Of a stretch of DNA of 64,000 nt, positions 6,951-17,634 are shown piece after piece (position 1 is the stretch's first letter; every line of letters begins with the position of its first letter). A program made the position numbers and the translations under genes. Source of the DNA: a virus; IMG/VR virus record IMGVR_UViG_3300035698_019895, positions 1 to 64,000 of that record. The stretch is one strand, 5' to 3'. The notes below the pieces were generated by a model. It saw only the letters and a program-made list of their open reading frames with translations, was not told the DNA's origin and searched no databases.

Positions 6951-8034
6951 TTCGTTAGGGTATCGATTAGCAGGACTTAAAGTTCTTCTTTCTAACGAAT
7001 TTGTTGAAGCCGCATGGAAATGTTATGAAGCTAATTTTCCAGGAACTATTTGTCTTCATGAGGATATTAGAAAGCTAACGGGAGATATCATTCTTTCTAA
7101 AGTCGGATTAAAAAAAGGTGAGCTAGATGTACTTGATGGTTCTCCGCCTTGTGCCTCATTCTCTACAGCAGGAAAAAGAGAGAAAAAATGGGGAACAGTT
7201 ACTAAATATAGTGATGTAGAACAGCGAGTAGATGACTTGCTCTTTGAATATGCCAGAATATTAGGAGAGATACAACCTAAAGTCTTTTTAGTAGAAAATG
7301 TAAAAGGACTAGTCATGGGAGAAGCTAAAAGAGTTTTTGATAAAGCCAAAGAAGAATTTGAAGCAAAAGGTTATATAGTATCTTGTAAACTTCTTAATGC
7401 AAAATATTTTCGAGTTCCACAAAATAGACCCAGAATTATTTTTATTGGTGTCAGAAAAGATTTAGGTGTTCAACCATCTCACCCCAAACCTCAATACGCA
7501 CCTATCCCAATTAAAGAAGTTCTAAAAGACATTGTAAATACACCAAAAGATATTGAAGACTCAAAATATCCAGAACACTACTCTGTTATGAAGTATCTGA
7601 AACAGATGAAGCCTGGAGAATCTGGTTCTGATTATAATGAAAAAGGTTCATATTTTGGTTTAATCAGATTACATTGGGATAAACCTGCTAACACTATCTT
7701 ACAAAGCGACGCAAAACATATCTCTTGTAGTGCAATTCATCCTGAAGAACATAGAAAACTAACAATACCTGAATTAAAGAGGATATCTTCTTTCCCCGAT
7801 GACTTTAAACTACTTGGCGACTACAAACAGAACTGGGAAAGAATAGGCAGAGCTGTGCCTCCAAACATGATGAAAGCAATCGCAGAACATATAAGGTATT
7901 GTATCTTAGATAAAATACACAATATACCAAACGATTATAAACCCTCATACTATGATGAAGAAGCAGTAAAGACTGGACAACTGGGATTTGATTTTGGAGA
8001 TGATTTTAAAAAAGGATTTAAACAATATAAATGA
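6907..8034 (+). CDS. DNA cytosine-C5 methyltransferase family enzyme, probable carboxymethyltransferase
   Basis: Motif I SLFSGTGG, catalytic GSPPC, ENV, PQNRPR; motif X reads IGRAVPP instead of GNAVPP. Confidence 0.9.
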   Translation: MTYKVISLFSGTGGSSLGYRLAGLKVLLSNEFVEAAWKCYEANFPGTICLHEDIRKLTGDIILSKVGLKKGELDVLDGSPPCASFSTAGKREKKWGTVTKYSDVEQRVDDLLFEYARILGEIQPKVFLVENVKGLVMGEAKRVFDKAKEEFEAKGYIVSCKLLNAKYFRVPQNRPRIIFIGVRKDLGVQPSHPKPQYAPIPIKEVLKDIVNTPKDIEDSKYPEHYSVMKYLKQMKPGESGSDYNEKGSYFGLIRLHWDKPANTILQSDAKHISCSAIHPEEHRKLTIPELKRISSFPDDFKLLGDYKQNWERIGRAVPPNMMKAIAEHIRYCILDKIHNIPNDYKPSYYDEEAVKTGQLGFDFGDDFKKGFKQYK

Positions 8035-8468
8035 AGCTACAAGACCAACAGGTAAGTTTAGAGTTAAGCCTACAACTTAAAGAGGCAGGTTACAAGCAAG
8101 AGGGATTATGGTGGTGGGTTGAGGAGGAACACGAAAGATTTAATGTATGTCAATTTTTAACTTGTAAAGAAAAGGTTACGGATAGTAAGTTTTGTAAAAA
8201 ACATTCTAACAAAGATGATTATATGTTACTTGATAGAGGTATGGCTGAGAATATATGTGGAGAAAATTTCGTCGCCCCAACAGTAGCGGAGTTAGGGGAA
8301 GCGTTGCCTGTCGGTGTTCAATCTTGGCGAAGATTTAATAATGAACATAAACCAAAAGAATATTATAAATGTCATTATCAACAAGGTGATTTTAGGTATG
8401 ATTGTGATGCCAACACCGAAGCCGATGCTAGAGCAAAAATGTGGTTATATTTAAAAAAAGAAAAATAA
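8031..8468 (+). CDS. repeated phage protein family, copy 1
   Basis: VSLELS.QLKEAGY.QEG.W / APTVAELGEALP / EADARAKMWL, shared with 31678 and 52437. Confidence 0.75.
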   Translation: MKLQDQQVSLELSLQLKEAGYKQEGLWWWVEEEHERFNVCQFLTCKEKVTDSKFCKKHSNKDDYMLLDRGMAENICGENFVAPTVAELGEALPVGVQSWRRFNNEHKPKEYYKCHYQQGDFRYDCDANTEADARAKMWLYLKKEK

Positions 8469-8798
8469 GTGATGATTTATAAACAAGATTTATTAAGAGA
8501 AAAAAGATTAAAAAAAAAGTTTGGTATGCGTAGAGCAGATGGTAATCCACTATTTGAACCTCAAGAATTAGGTTATCGTTGTTCAAAAGGTCACTCATAT
8601 ATAACTTGGTCAGAATTTAAAGAACATATTTGGTGTTACGAATGTAAAAAAGATTATCACTATGCTGATGATTGTGTATTGATAGCAGATAAGCATAATC
8701 CTAAAAATTTACCTAAACAACCTCGAATAATATATGAGATATATAATTACACTCCTGATGGAAATTATTTTCATAATATACCAAAAGAGATGTTATGA
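8469..8798 (+). CDS. hypothetical Zn-ribbon protein
   Basis: CSKGH..WSEF..HIWCYEC. Confidence 0.6.
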   Translation: MMIYKQDLLREKRLKKKFGMRRADGNPLFEPQELGYRCSKGHSYITWSEFKEHIWCYECKKDYHYADDCVLIADKHNPKNLPKQPRIIYEIYNYTPDGNYFHNIPKEML

Positions 8799-8967
8799 GT
8801 AAAAATGAGATAAAAAAATTGATTGAAGTATTAGGAAATATGATGAAAGAATATCCGATGGTTACTTTTCAAATAGAAGAAAATTATAGTGAAACCGAAT
8901 CGGCCGTTCCATATCTTTGTCGTATTCAGAAGATACTATCCAAACTTACGAATAAAGGATGTAAAAA

Positions 8968-9126
8968 ATGAAAGTAGAAATAAAACTTATAGACCCGAAA
9001 TATTGTAATGGATGTCCTTTAAGAGATACAGTACACAATTTGTGTAGAATAAAAATGGGTAGAATGATAGACAGTGATTTACTTTATACTCGCCCTCTAA
9101 AATGTGTAGAGGAAAATGGATTATGA
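8968..9126 (+). CDS. small Cys-rich protein (52 aa), paralog of 17635..17817
   Basis: Hand translation: MKVEIKLIDPKYCNGCP...RPLKCVEENGL. Confidence 0.6.
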   Translation: MKVEIKLIDPKYCNGCPLRDTVHNLCRIKMGRMIDSDLLYTRPLKCVEENGL

Positions 9127-9699
9127 AACTAGGATATGGTTTGATTTTCAAAGATTGTAAAAGTTATGAATATCGAGATTACGAAAAAGAACCTTCTAAA
9201 GAAGATATCATTAAAGCAGCTAACGAAATCGCACAAGAAAAGGTGAATGGATATAATTCTCGAAATAGATACTCTCCTTTCTTTCAGCCTCGTATTTTAG
9301 CAGATATTAAAAAGATTGTAGCAAAAGAATGGGATAACGAAAAGAGAGATTGGAAACGAAAAGGTTTTAAAATGGAACTCAAAAAAACAAAGTTAGTTGC
9401 TACTTATCGAGATGGTGCTAGAGACGTATTTATTAGTTTCGTAGAAAAATAAAATCGAAAGCGAAAGGAAAAAAAAGTGAGTTGGCATTGTTTATTTTGT
9501 GGTAGTTCTGAACAATGGATGCGTGGGAAAGAAAGTAATAAATCTGGTATGGTAGAATTTATTATAAAAAACGAAGGTGGTAAAAAAATAGATGAATATG
9601 TTTGTCATGCTGATTGTTTACGAAGAGTATTAAAAAATGGACAAAGTAGATATTTGATAAATGGAGACTTGTATGAGTTTGAAGAATTAGAAAAAGCAA

Positions 9700-10611
9700 G
9701 TGAAAGAGAAGAGGAGTTATGATGGAAAAACAGATGTTAATGCCAGGATTTGTTACAGAAAAAAAAGAAGAAGCTTATCAAGAAGAAATGCAACAATTAT
9801 GAGCAAAATAATATTTATAGATTGGGGAGTAATAATGTTTCGTTCTATCTTTGCTCATGTTAAAAATAGAAATATGCCTTCCACATATACAGCAATATCA
9901 ATGCTTATAGGTAACATTAAAAAAGTTGGATTAGATAAAGATGATTTAGTAATTATAGCTGCTGATAGTCCTAAAGGGTCTTGGAGAAAAGATGTTGATA
10001 GTTCTTATAAAGCAAATAGAAAAAAAGCAAGAGAACGAGTTCCTATTAATTGGAAAGAACAATTTAGCAGTTTCTGGTCACTTCTCGAAAAAATAGAGAT
10101 GTATACCCCTTTTCATACGATTTCTCTTGACAAATTAGAAGCAGATGATATAATAGCGTATGGTTGTAAGAAATTTAAAGATAAAGAATGTGTAATAGTA
10201 AGTACTGATGCTGACTATGAACAACTATTTATTTATCCTAATGTAAAAATATTTAGTCCAATGTCTAAACATTATAAAACACCAGTAGACCCATATAAAG
10301 TATTGGCTAAAAAAATACAAAAAGAAGCATCAGATAATTTGGTAGCTCCTATATTAAATGAAAAAGATTTTGAAAAAAGAAATAAAATTGTTAACTTGAT
10401 GACATTACCACAAGAAATTGAAAAGCAAATAGATGAACATTTAGTTATTTTTCCAGAAAAAGACTGGTTTCTTTCAGGATTACCTTTTAAATCGTTACAT
10501 AGTAGATTTGAAACTATATATGAAAAAAATAAAGTTGTTGATATAAATAAGAAAAAGCGTAAAAAGAAAATAGAACAACCAACTTTATTTAATATGAAAA
10601 AAATAAAGTAA
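9700..10611 (+). CDS. 5'-3' exonuclease / T4 RNase H-like flap nuclease (probable start MSKIIFID)
   Basis: IIFID, D..KGSWRK....YKANR, LEADDII, VSTDADYEQL. Confidence 0.85.
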   Translation: MKEKRSYDGKTDVNARICYRKKRRSLSRRNATIMSKIIFIDWGVIMFRSIFAHVKNRNMPSTYTAISMLIGNIKKVGLDKDDLVIIAADSPKGSWRKDVDSSYKANRKKARERVPINWKEQFSSFWSLLEKIEMYTPFHTISLDKLEADDIIAYGCKKFKDKECVIVSTDADYEQLFIYPNVKIFSPMSKHYKTPVDPYKVLAKKIQKEASDNLVAPILNEKDFEKRNKIVNLMTLPQEIEKQIDEHLVIFPEKDWFLSGLPFKSLHSRFETIYEKNKVVDINKKKRKKKIEQPTLFNMKKIK

Positions 10612-10625
10612 AACAAGGAGGAAGT

Positions 10626-10949
10626 ATGGAACTAAAGTTAAAAATGAGATTGAATGACAAACAAGAGATTGAAACAACTTTTACTGGTGCTGATTTAGGA
10701 GATGTCATCCTAAAAGCAAGCCCTTTACTAGATTTCAATGGAGAATGTGGTTTTTGTAAAGCTACTGATATTCAGTTAAGAACAAGAACTGCTGGTGAAT
10801 CTGGAGAATTTAAATATACAGAATTCATTTGTAGAGCATGTGGTGCTAGAAGACAGATGGGTAGACATAAAGCAGACAACTCATTCTTTTTAAAGCAATG
10901 GGAACCAAAGTATGAAAAACCCGCAGGAAATACTGCACCAACTGCATAG
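10626..10949 (+). CDS. Zn-ribbon protein
   Basis: CGFC...CRACGA; RBS AGGAGG. Confidence 0.65.
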   Translation: MELKLKMRLNDKQEIETTFTGADLGDVILKASPLLDFNGECGFCKATDIQLRTRTAGESGEFKYTEFICRACGARRQMGRHKADNSFFLKQWEPKYEKPAGNTAPTA

Positions 10950-10958
10950 GAGGAAAAA

Positions 10959-11444
10959 ATGAAAGTATGTGCGATTAGTGGAGATAAATTATATTTAAGA
11001 TTAGGAGTAAATTTCGAGAATTCTCGATGGTATGTTATAACTGATAAAGTAAAAGAGATTGCTAACACTCTTAAAAACGGTGATACTGTTGAAGTAAAAG
11101 CAGAGCAGAAAGATGATGGAAAGTTATATTTAAGTGAATTGAAGAAAACAGCTAGTGCTCCTGCTCTATCAACTACTACAGCTAAATATTCTTGTGAAAA
11201 ATGTGGCAAAGCTTTAAAAGATGATTCTTATTCAAGTTGTTATGCTTGTAACCAGAAAGAAAAGAATAACCCAGAAAATATTGATAGAGAAAAGACAAAA
11301 CAAGAAAACATCAGAAGACAAGCTATTGGTAATATGACTTCTAGAGCATTGATTTCTTTACAGGGAATTGTTGATATAAACAATATTACTTCTGTAGCTG
11401 AAACTCTTTATAAGAAATTTAGGTCATTAGTAGAAGAAAACTAA
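10959..11444 (+). CDS. OB-fold plus Zn-finger protein, possible ssDNA-binding protein
   Basis: LKNGDTVEV, CEKC..CYAC, IRRQA; located between the exonuclease and the primase. Confidence 0.45.
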   Translation: MKVCAISGDKLYLRLGVNFENSRWYVITDKVKEIANTLKNGDTVEVKAEQKDDGKLYLSELKKTASAPALSTTTAKYSCEKCGKALKDDSYSSCYACNQKEKNNPENIDREKTKQENIRRQAIGNMTSRALISLQGIVDINNITSVAETLYKKFRSLVEEN

Positions 11445-13295
11445 ATGAATATTTTAAGTTACACTTTAGAATATCTGGAAAAAAAGTTTGAGCAAGTTAA
11501 AATCAATAAACTTGCAAAAATGCCTCAATTTTGGTGTCCTATGTGTCATAAATCTGCTTGTCAGATAATTCCACATAGCGGACATAAACTTATTTGTCAT
11601 GCGTGTGGCCAAGGAAAGAACATGGGTACCATAATTGAAGTAATGAGTAAAAATTTTAAGATGTCAGAAGATGAAGTAATAAAAGATATGAAAGAAGTTT
11701 TAAAGTTAGACATAATTACTAATGATGACCAAAACACCGTCTTAGATTTCTATAAACAGCAAAAATTTGATATGGTTCCGATAGCGAGAAACAAAAAAAT
11801 ACCGATAGAGAAAGAATGGACTGTAAAAAATCATAGAGATAAAGAAGAATGGAAAAATTGGTTAAAAGAAGGTAGTAACATTGGTGTAAAAACAGGAAAA
11901 ATGAGTAATATCACTGTTATAGATATTGACCAACATCCAATACCTGATGAAATAAAAGCATATTTCAATATTGATACAACATTGTCTCAAAAGACAAATA
12001 AAGGTTATCATTTCTTTTATAAGTATGAAAAAGATTTACCAAAAACTTCTTTAAAAAATATTAAAAATCCAGAATTGGGATTTCCTATAGATGTAGAGAA
12101 TGATGGTGGACAAGTTGTTATATCCCCATCTACAGTTGATAATAAGATTAGAAAAATAAATATGAGACCAGTGGCAGAAATGCCAAAAGATTTAAAAGAG
12201 TTTCTGTTGTCTAAAATAAAAATTTATAAACCATTTACAGAAGAAAAACCGGTAGAAACATCTATAAATCTAGAAGAATTTAATTTAAAGAGCATACAAG
12301 AAGGTAATAGACATAATGTTTTTATGCATCTTGGTGGTATATTAAGAAAAAATCTAAATTTAGACCAAGCTAAAGATGTTCTGTCTTTGTTAAATAGACA
12401 TTTTGCTAATCCCCCATTAAGTATTAAAGAATTTAATGATATAGTGAATCAGCTAGATAAATATAGTGATTTTGACGATAAAGGAATAACTCAAAAAATA
12501 TTAGCTTATTTAAGAATAGTAGAAGAAGCTACTGCTAGAGATGTAAGAGAAGCTTTAGGATTTAAGAAAGAAAGAATTGATAAAGCGTTAAGTTATTTAA
12601 TAAAAGAACAATATCTAATTAAGAAACGCAGATTATTCCATATTATCAAGAAAGTACAATGGAAAGATACTTTCATGGATGAAGGAAAAGAAGTAGATTT
12701 TGCAATGCCATATTTCGATGACCATGCTATTTTTAGAGAAGGAGATATGCTTGTGATAGGTGCTAAACAGAAAGTTGGTAAAAGTCATATTGCATTGAAT
12801 ATGATAAAAAGATTGATAGCACAAGGAAAAAAACCTCATTATTTAAACTTAGAAAGTGGTAATCGTTTTGCAACAATTTCTAAATCTTTAAGCATAGTAG
12901 AAGGTACATTTTGGAACGCCACTCACTTTTCTCCAGAACAAGTAGATTTAGAACGAAATGCAATAACTATTATAGATTGGCTCTTGCCAGATGATTATGC
13001 AGGAACTGATAAACTGTATAAATATTTTGCTCAACAATTAGTAAAAAATGGTGGCAATCTAATCATCTTTGTACAGCTTAAAGATAACGGCGACTTTTTT
13101 GCCAAGAATATGATAGCTATGTTTCCTGCTTTTGTATGTAGATATTTTTATACTGATGAAGATAGAGGTATTGAAGGTGAATTTACTATAGATTATATGA
13201 GAGAACCAAAATTCAATGTTAAAAGAGCTAAGATACCATGTCGATATGATTGGGAATCTAAAGAGTTAAAAAGAATAGATGAGTTAAATACATAA
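11445..13295 (+). CDS. bifunctional primase-polymerase with Zn finger, PriCT and C-terminal P-loop (helicase-like) domain
   Basis: CPMC..CHAC; NIGVKTG, VIDID, KGYHFFY, GGQVVISPS; EGNRHN; Walker A GAKQKVGKS. Confidence 0.85.
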   Translation: MNILSYTLEYLEKKFEQVKINKLAKMPQFWCPMCHKSACQIIPHSGHKLICHACGQGKNMGTIIEVMSKNFKMSEDEVIKDMKEVLKLDIITNDDQNTVLDFYKQQKFDMVPIARNKKIPIEKEWTVKNHRDKEEWKNWLKEGSNIGVKTGKMSNITVIDIDQHPIPDEIKAYFNIDTTLSQKTNKGYHFFYKYEKDLPKTSLKNIKNPELGFPIDVENDGGQVVISPSTVDNKIRKINMRPVAEMPKDLKEFLLSKIKIYKPFTEEKPVETSINLEEFNLKSIQEGNRHNVFMHLGGILRKNLNLDQAKDVLSLLNRHFANPPLSIKEFNDIVNQLDKYSDFDDKGITQKILAYLRIVEEATARDVREALGFKKERIDKALSYLIKEQYLIKKRRLFHIIKKVQWKDTFMDEGKEVDFAMPYFDDHAIFREGDMLVIGAKQKVGKSHIALNMIKRLIAQGKKPHYLNLESGNRFATISKSLSIVEGTFWNATHFSPEQVDLERNAITIIDWLLPDDYAGTDKLYKYFAQQLVKNGGNLIIFVQLKDNGDFFAKNMIAMFPAFVCRYFYTDEDRGIEGEFTIDYMREPKFNVKRAKIPCRYDWESKELKRIDELNT

Positions 13296-13618
13296 AAAGT
13301 TAGTTATTTTAACTACACCTGTTTTCAATTTGGGTGGGAGGTATAATGATGAAAATGATGAAAATCGCTAAAAAAAGAGAGGGGGGCGATGAAACAAAAG
13401 ATAGAGATGTTGTTATGAAAGAAAGGAGAGAAATACAATGATACTATTTCTGTTTAAATTTGTAGCGTTTTGTGCCGAACTGTTTGTTATCCTGATAGTT
13501 GTATGGTTTCTTGCGAATGTCATACGATATTTGTTCTTTAAGAACAGTCCAGGTGGTAAGATATTCGTGTTGTCAGATAAATGGTTAGGTAAATACTAAG
13601 GAAAAAAAGGAGAAAAAG

Positions 13619-14608
13619 ATGAAGATTAGTGCAACGGTAGGGTTGATTATTGGAGTAGTGTTGGTGATTGTATTTATTATGACATGTGGAATAATAAATA
13701 TACATCCAACAGAGTGTGCAGTAGAAGTTAATAAGTTCAAAGGTAAAGTTATGGACATGCCAAAAGGTGTGGGATATCATCTTTATAATCGATGGGTAAC
13801 TGATATGGTAACATATAAAGTTTCTGCAAGAGCATATCCTGGTGATGTAAAAAGCAGTGAAAAATCATCCAAGTATAATCTCGATTTAAAGACTAATGAT
13901 GGTCAGAACATAGATGTAGATTTGACTATTATTTATGCTTTAAGAACAAACGAAGTTCCGCAATTACATGCCAAAGTAGGTAGAAATTATCAAGATGAAG
14001 TTCTGTTGCCTCAGATTCGTTCAGAAGCAAGATTAGTAGTTGGTAGTTATGAAGCTGAAGACATATATCAAGGTAAAGTGAGAGACGAGATTCAACAAGC
14101 AATTAGAACAAAATTACAGTTAGCTCTCTCAAAATTTCCTGCAATACAAATACAGGATGCTTTACTAAGAAGTTTTTCTTTCAGTAAAGATTTTGAACGA
14201 AAGATTGAGGAAAAGAAATTAGCAGCACAGCAAGTAGAAATCAACAAAAATAAGGCTTTCGCTCAAGAAGAAGAGGCTAAAAGACAGGAAGCAGAAGCTC
14301 GTGGAGAAAAGTTAAAGAAGATTCAGGCAGCAGAAGGTGAAGCTCAATCCAGAAGGATTAATGCTGATGCTGAAAGATATTCTTTAGAAGAAGAAGCGAA
14401 AGGAAAACTCGCTATCTATCAAGCTGATGCAGAAGGAAAGCGTCTTATGGCAAGTGCTTTAGGTGGTGGACATAATGTAGTAGCATTGAAGTTTGCTGAG
14501 AACATACCAGATAAATTAAGAGTATTTGGAGTTCCAATGGGCGAAAATTCTACAAACATTATGGATTTAAACGGAATGTTTAAAGGTATATTTAGTAAAG
14601 TAGAATAA
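13619..14608 (+). CDS. SPFH/prohibitin (band 7) membrane protein
   Basis: N-terminal TM; KTNDGQNIDVDLTIIY; coiled coil with AEGEA repeats. Confidence 0.88.
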   Translation: MKISATVGLIIGVVLVIVFIMTCGIINIHPTECAVEVNKFKGKVMDMPKGVGYHLYNRWVTDMVTYKVSARAYPGDVKSSEKSSKYNLDLKTNDGQNIDVDLTIIYALRTNEVPQLHAKVGRNYQDEVLLPQIRSEARLVVGSYEAEDIYQGKVRDEIQQAIRTKLQLALSKFPAIQIQDALLRSFSFSKDFERKIEEKKLAAQQVEINKNKAFAQEEEAKRQEAEARGEKLKKIQAAEGEAQSRRINADAERYSLEEEAKGKLAIYQADAEGKRLMASALGGGHNVVALKFAENIPDKLRVFGVPMGENSTNIMDLNGMFKGIFSKVE

Positions 14609-14660
14609 ATAATAAAGAGCTGGACATCTCTCTAAACTGTCCAATCCAAAGGAGAATAAG

Positions 14661-15008
14661 ATGAATAAAATGAGATGGATAATTATAATCATATTCGCAT
14701 TGTCATTAACAGGATGTGTTGTTGAAAATGAAAGTATGCAAGGATGTATAGAAAAAGCAGAGTGGCAAGGTGACTACTATTATGTATATTTTGAAGGCGG
14801 TAGACGATATAAGTTTAATGAAAATCCACCTATCCCGTTAAATCATGGAAATGAAGTTATCATTACTACGAATTCTTGTTATTCAAATAGAGGCAATAAT
14901 TTATTTGTGAAAGTGGAAAGAGTAAATAAATCTCAAAGATTGGCAACTGGAGATATAACTATTTGTCCACGATGTCAGTATACTTTAAGAAAAGGAATAG
15001 ATTACTAA
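14661..15008 (+). CDS. putative lipoprotein with C-terminal CxxC tail
   Basis: Lipobox LSLTGC; ends CPRCQYTLRKGIDY. Confidence 0.6.
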   Translation: MNKMRWIIIIIFALSLTGCVVENESMQGCIEKAEWQGDYYYVYFEGGRRYKFNENPPIPLNHGNEVIITTNSCYSNRGNNLFVKVERVNKSQRLATGDITICPRCQYTLRKGIDY

Positions 15009-15385
15009 TGTCAGATGAAGGATTTGACCCAATTGGTTGGGCAATTAAGATTGGTATTGCTATAGCTATACTTAGAAGTTGCTCTTCCACAAATATAGAA
15101 GTTAATGAAGTTAAGCAAGAAGTTAGAGAAGTTAAGCAAGATATTGAATGTTTAACATATGTTACACAAGATATGTTTGAAGTTTCAAAAGAACAAGCAG
15201 GAATAATTAAAGAGTTTGAAACCTCAAAGAAATATACACCGAGTGAACTAAGAAAAAAATTACCGAGTGAATTTGCAGTACAAGTAAGATGCCCCCGTTG
15301 CTCTAAAATGGTAGATGTGCAAAACACTTCAATGATTATATGCTCACATTGTCAATATACATTAATTAAAGATACAAATTATTAA
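14963..15385 (+). CDS. membrane-anchored coiled-coil Zn-ribbon protein
   Basis: TM segment; CPRC..CSHCQYTLIKDTNY; probable start ATG 15008. Confidence 0.6.
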   Translation: MSTMSVYFKKRNRLLMSDEGFDPIGWAIKIGIAIAILRSCSSTNIEVNEVKQEVREVKQDIECLTYVTQDMFEVSKEQAGIIKEFETSKKYTPSELRKKLPSEFAVQVRCPRCSKMVDVQNTSMIICSHCQYTLIKDTNY

Positions 15386-15400
15386 AAACAGGAGGTTTAG

Positions 15401-15874
15401 ATGAACATATATTTAGCTGGTTATATCTCAGGAAAAAAGTTAGATGAATGTTTAGCATGGCGTAAAAAAATAAGACAGTATTTCGATTTAAAACCAAAAT
15501 GGCATGGTGAAATTGCTTTTCTTGACCCATTAAACGGTAAAAAGTTTGGAGAGATAGATGCTGAAGGTTTAAAAAGTAATATTCCAGGTAAAGCTTTTGT
15601 TAAAAGAGATTATAAATGTGTTAAGATAGCAGATTTACTTATAGTAAACTTAAATACTTTTGGAGAATCTAGACCCTTAACAGGAACGATATATGAATTA
15701 GCTTGGGCATGGCTCCATAAGATTCCAGTAATAGTTATTACTACTGATGTAAATTATCTTGAGCATCCATTTATTAAAGATACTGCTTGTATTATAGTGT
15801 CTAGTGTGGAAGAAATTTTGGAAAAAGATTATATAGAATATTATTATAAAGGATTAGTAAGTGCTGAATATTAA
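15401..15874 (+). CDS. nucleoside 2-deoxyribosyltransferase family protein
   Basis: IYLAG, FLDP, RD...V..ADLLIV, GTIYELAWA...KIPVI. Confidence 0.82.
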   Translation: MNIYLAGYISGKKLDECLAWRKKIRQYFDLKPKWHGEIAFLDPLNGKKFGEIDAEGLKSNIPGKAFVKRDYKCVKIADLLIVNLNTFGESRPLTGTIYELAWAWLHKIPVIVITTDVNYLEHPFIKDTACIIVSSVEEILEKDYIEYYYKGLVSAEY

Positions 15875-16355
15875 AAAAGGAAATAATAATGGCTAAAGCT
15901 ACTAATGCTCGTCAAAAAGCTAAACATCAAAATCATTCTGCTAAATTAAAACAGAAACAAATGTTGTTCCAGAAAAAATGGGAACAAGATAGAGAACATT
16001 GGGCTAACGACAAAGAATATCAACAAAGACAACAAGAGAGAGCCCAAAAAATAGCAAGTTATAAACCGGGTTCAAAATTTCATTTAAAAGCAGAGAACGA
16101 ACAAAAAACTAAAGAAGAAAAAGAACAACTAAAGAAACGCAATAAAATCAAGAGAAGAGAAGATGCTTTCAACCAAAGACGATAAATTATATAAGTATTC
16201 TCCTAAAGAAGTTTATGCGAGATTATATGCTCTTGAAGCTATTTTAAAGCATTTAGATGAAAATGAGAATGACCCGAGAAAAAAAGAAAGAATGAGAATT
16301 AAGATAGCAAAAAGACTTATTCATAATGGCATAGAAACAGGAAGAGGGCTTTACG

Positions 16356-16628
16356 ATGCATCTCATAGAAATTAAAGAAACAGTACAAATAGAACTAAAA
16401 ACATTCATTAAATCTAAATACGATAGAGATGTCAATATTAACATGAACGATAGCTTTATAGAAACTTTAGGATTAGATTCTCTTGATATAGTAGAAATTT
16501 GGGCAACAATGGAACAAAAATTTAAAATAGATATTCCTGAAGAAGAAATTATTAAAATGAAAAATGTTTCAGATGTTATAGAAATGATTCAAAAATATTT
16601 GAAGGAAAAAAATGGAAATATTACTTAG
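16356..16628 (+). CDS. acpP: acyl carrier protein
   Basis: Phosphopantetheine site LGLDSLDIVE, EQKFKIDIPEEE, VSDV. Confidence 0.85.
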   Translation: MHLIEIKETVQIELKTFIKSKYDRDVNINMNDSFIETLGLDSLDIVEIWATMEQKFKIDIPEEEIIKMKNVSDVIEMIQKYLKEKNGNIT

Positions 16629-16920
16629 ATTTGGTGTATATCTTTTTTTTGTAGCAGGAACAATGAGCTTAGATAATCTTAATGTAGCAAAAGGAATGGC
16701 AATATTTTTTATACTTATAATAATAGTTTTAGATTTTATTAATATAAACAATGGAAGAAAATTGAGAAAAGGAAAAAAATAATGTTTAATCTATCTGTAT
16801 TTAATTTAAAAATTCTTAACGAACTTCATAAATCCGAACTAAAATTAAAAGAATACGATTTAGAAGACCCTATTCTTTTAGAAGAATTGATTAAAGAAAT
16901 AAAAAAAAGAAAAAAAGTTC

Positions 16921-16949
16921 TTGACAATAAAGATAATTTGTGATATAAT
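16921..16949 (+). promoter_or_regulatory. consensus sigma-70 promoter upstream of the NAD/TerY-P cluster
   Basis: TTGACA-17 nt-TATAAT with extended TG. Confidence 0.8.
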
Positions 16950-17634
16950 GATTTCTAAATAAGGAGACAGAAATGAAAATCGGAATATTTGGGATATTAG
17001 CAATAATATTTGTTATAGCAAAATTAATGGGAGCAATTAGTTGGTCATGGTGGATAGTATTGATACCATTATATCCTGCAATATTGATGTGGTTGTTTTT
17101 CATATTAATATTTATTCTCGCAATAATTGGTACAGCGTTAAATGCCTAGATTAGAACAAAGAATTGAAATGTTTGATGTATTTTTATTTGTAACGGCTAT
17201 TTTAATATGTTGTTATTTAGAAATTGAAGAAAAAATAAAAAATATTATAGTAAGGAGGAAAGTAAAATGAATAAAAGAATCGAAAAACATGAAATAGTAA
17301 AAGACCAAAAATGGGAAATCGGAAGATATACTATTGTTGAACTTATAGATTCATCTGGTATAAAAGGAATAGGTTTGTCCAGAAAATCTCAATTAGATAA
17401 ATTCAACAATAAAGAATTATCTCTGAAAATCGCTCAAGGAAGAGCATTAAAAGCTTTGTCTTTAAAAAAAGAAAAGAAACTTGTTCACCACCCTTTTATG
17501 GGATAAGAGGAAATCTTAAATGAATATATATTATTTCATAATGATAGTTTCAGCTTTAGTTATAATAGGATGTATTGTAAGTGGGATAAAAAAAGCTTTG
17601 AATTCAGATACATATGACGCAACTGGATTGAATA

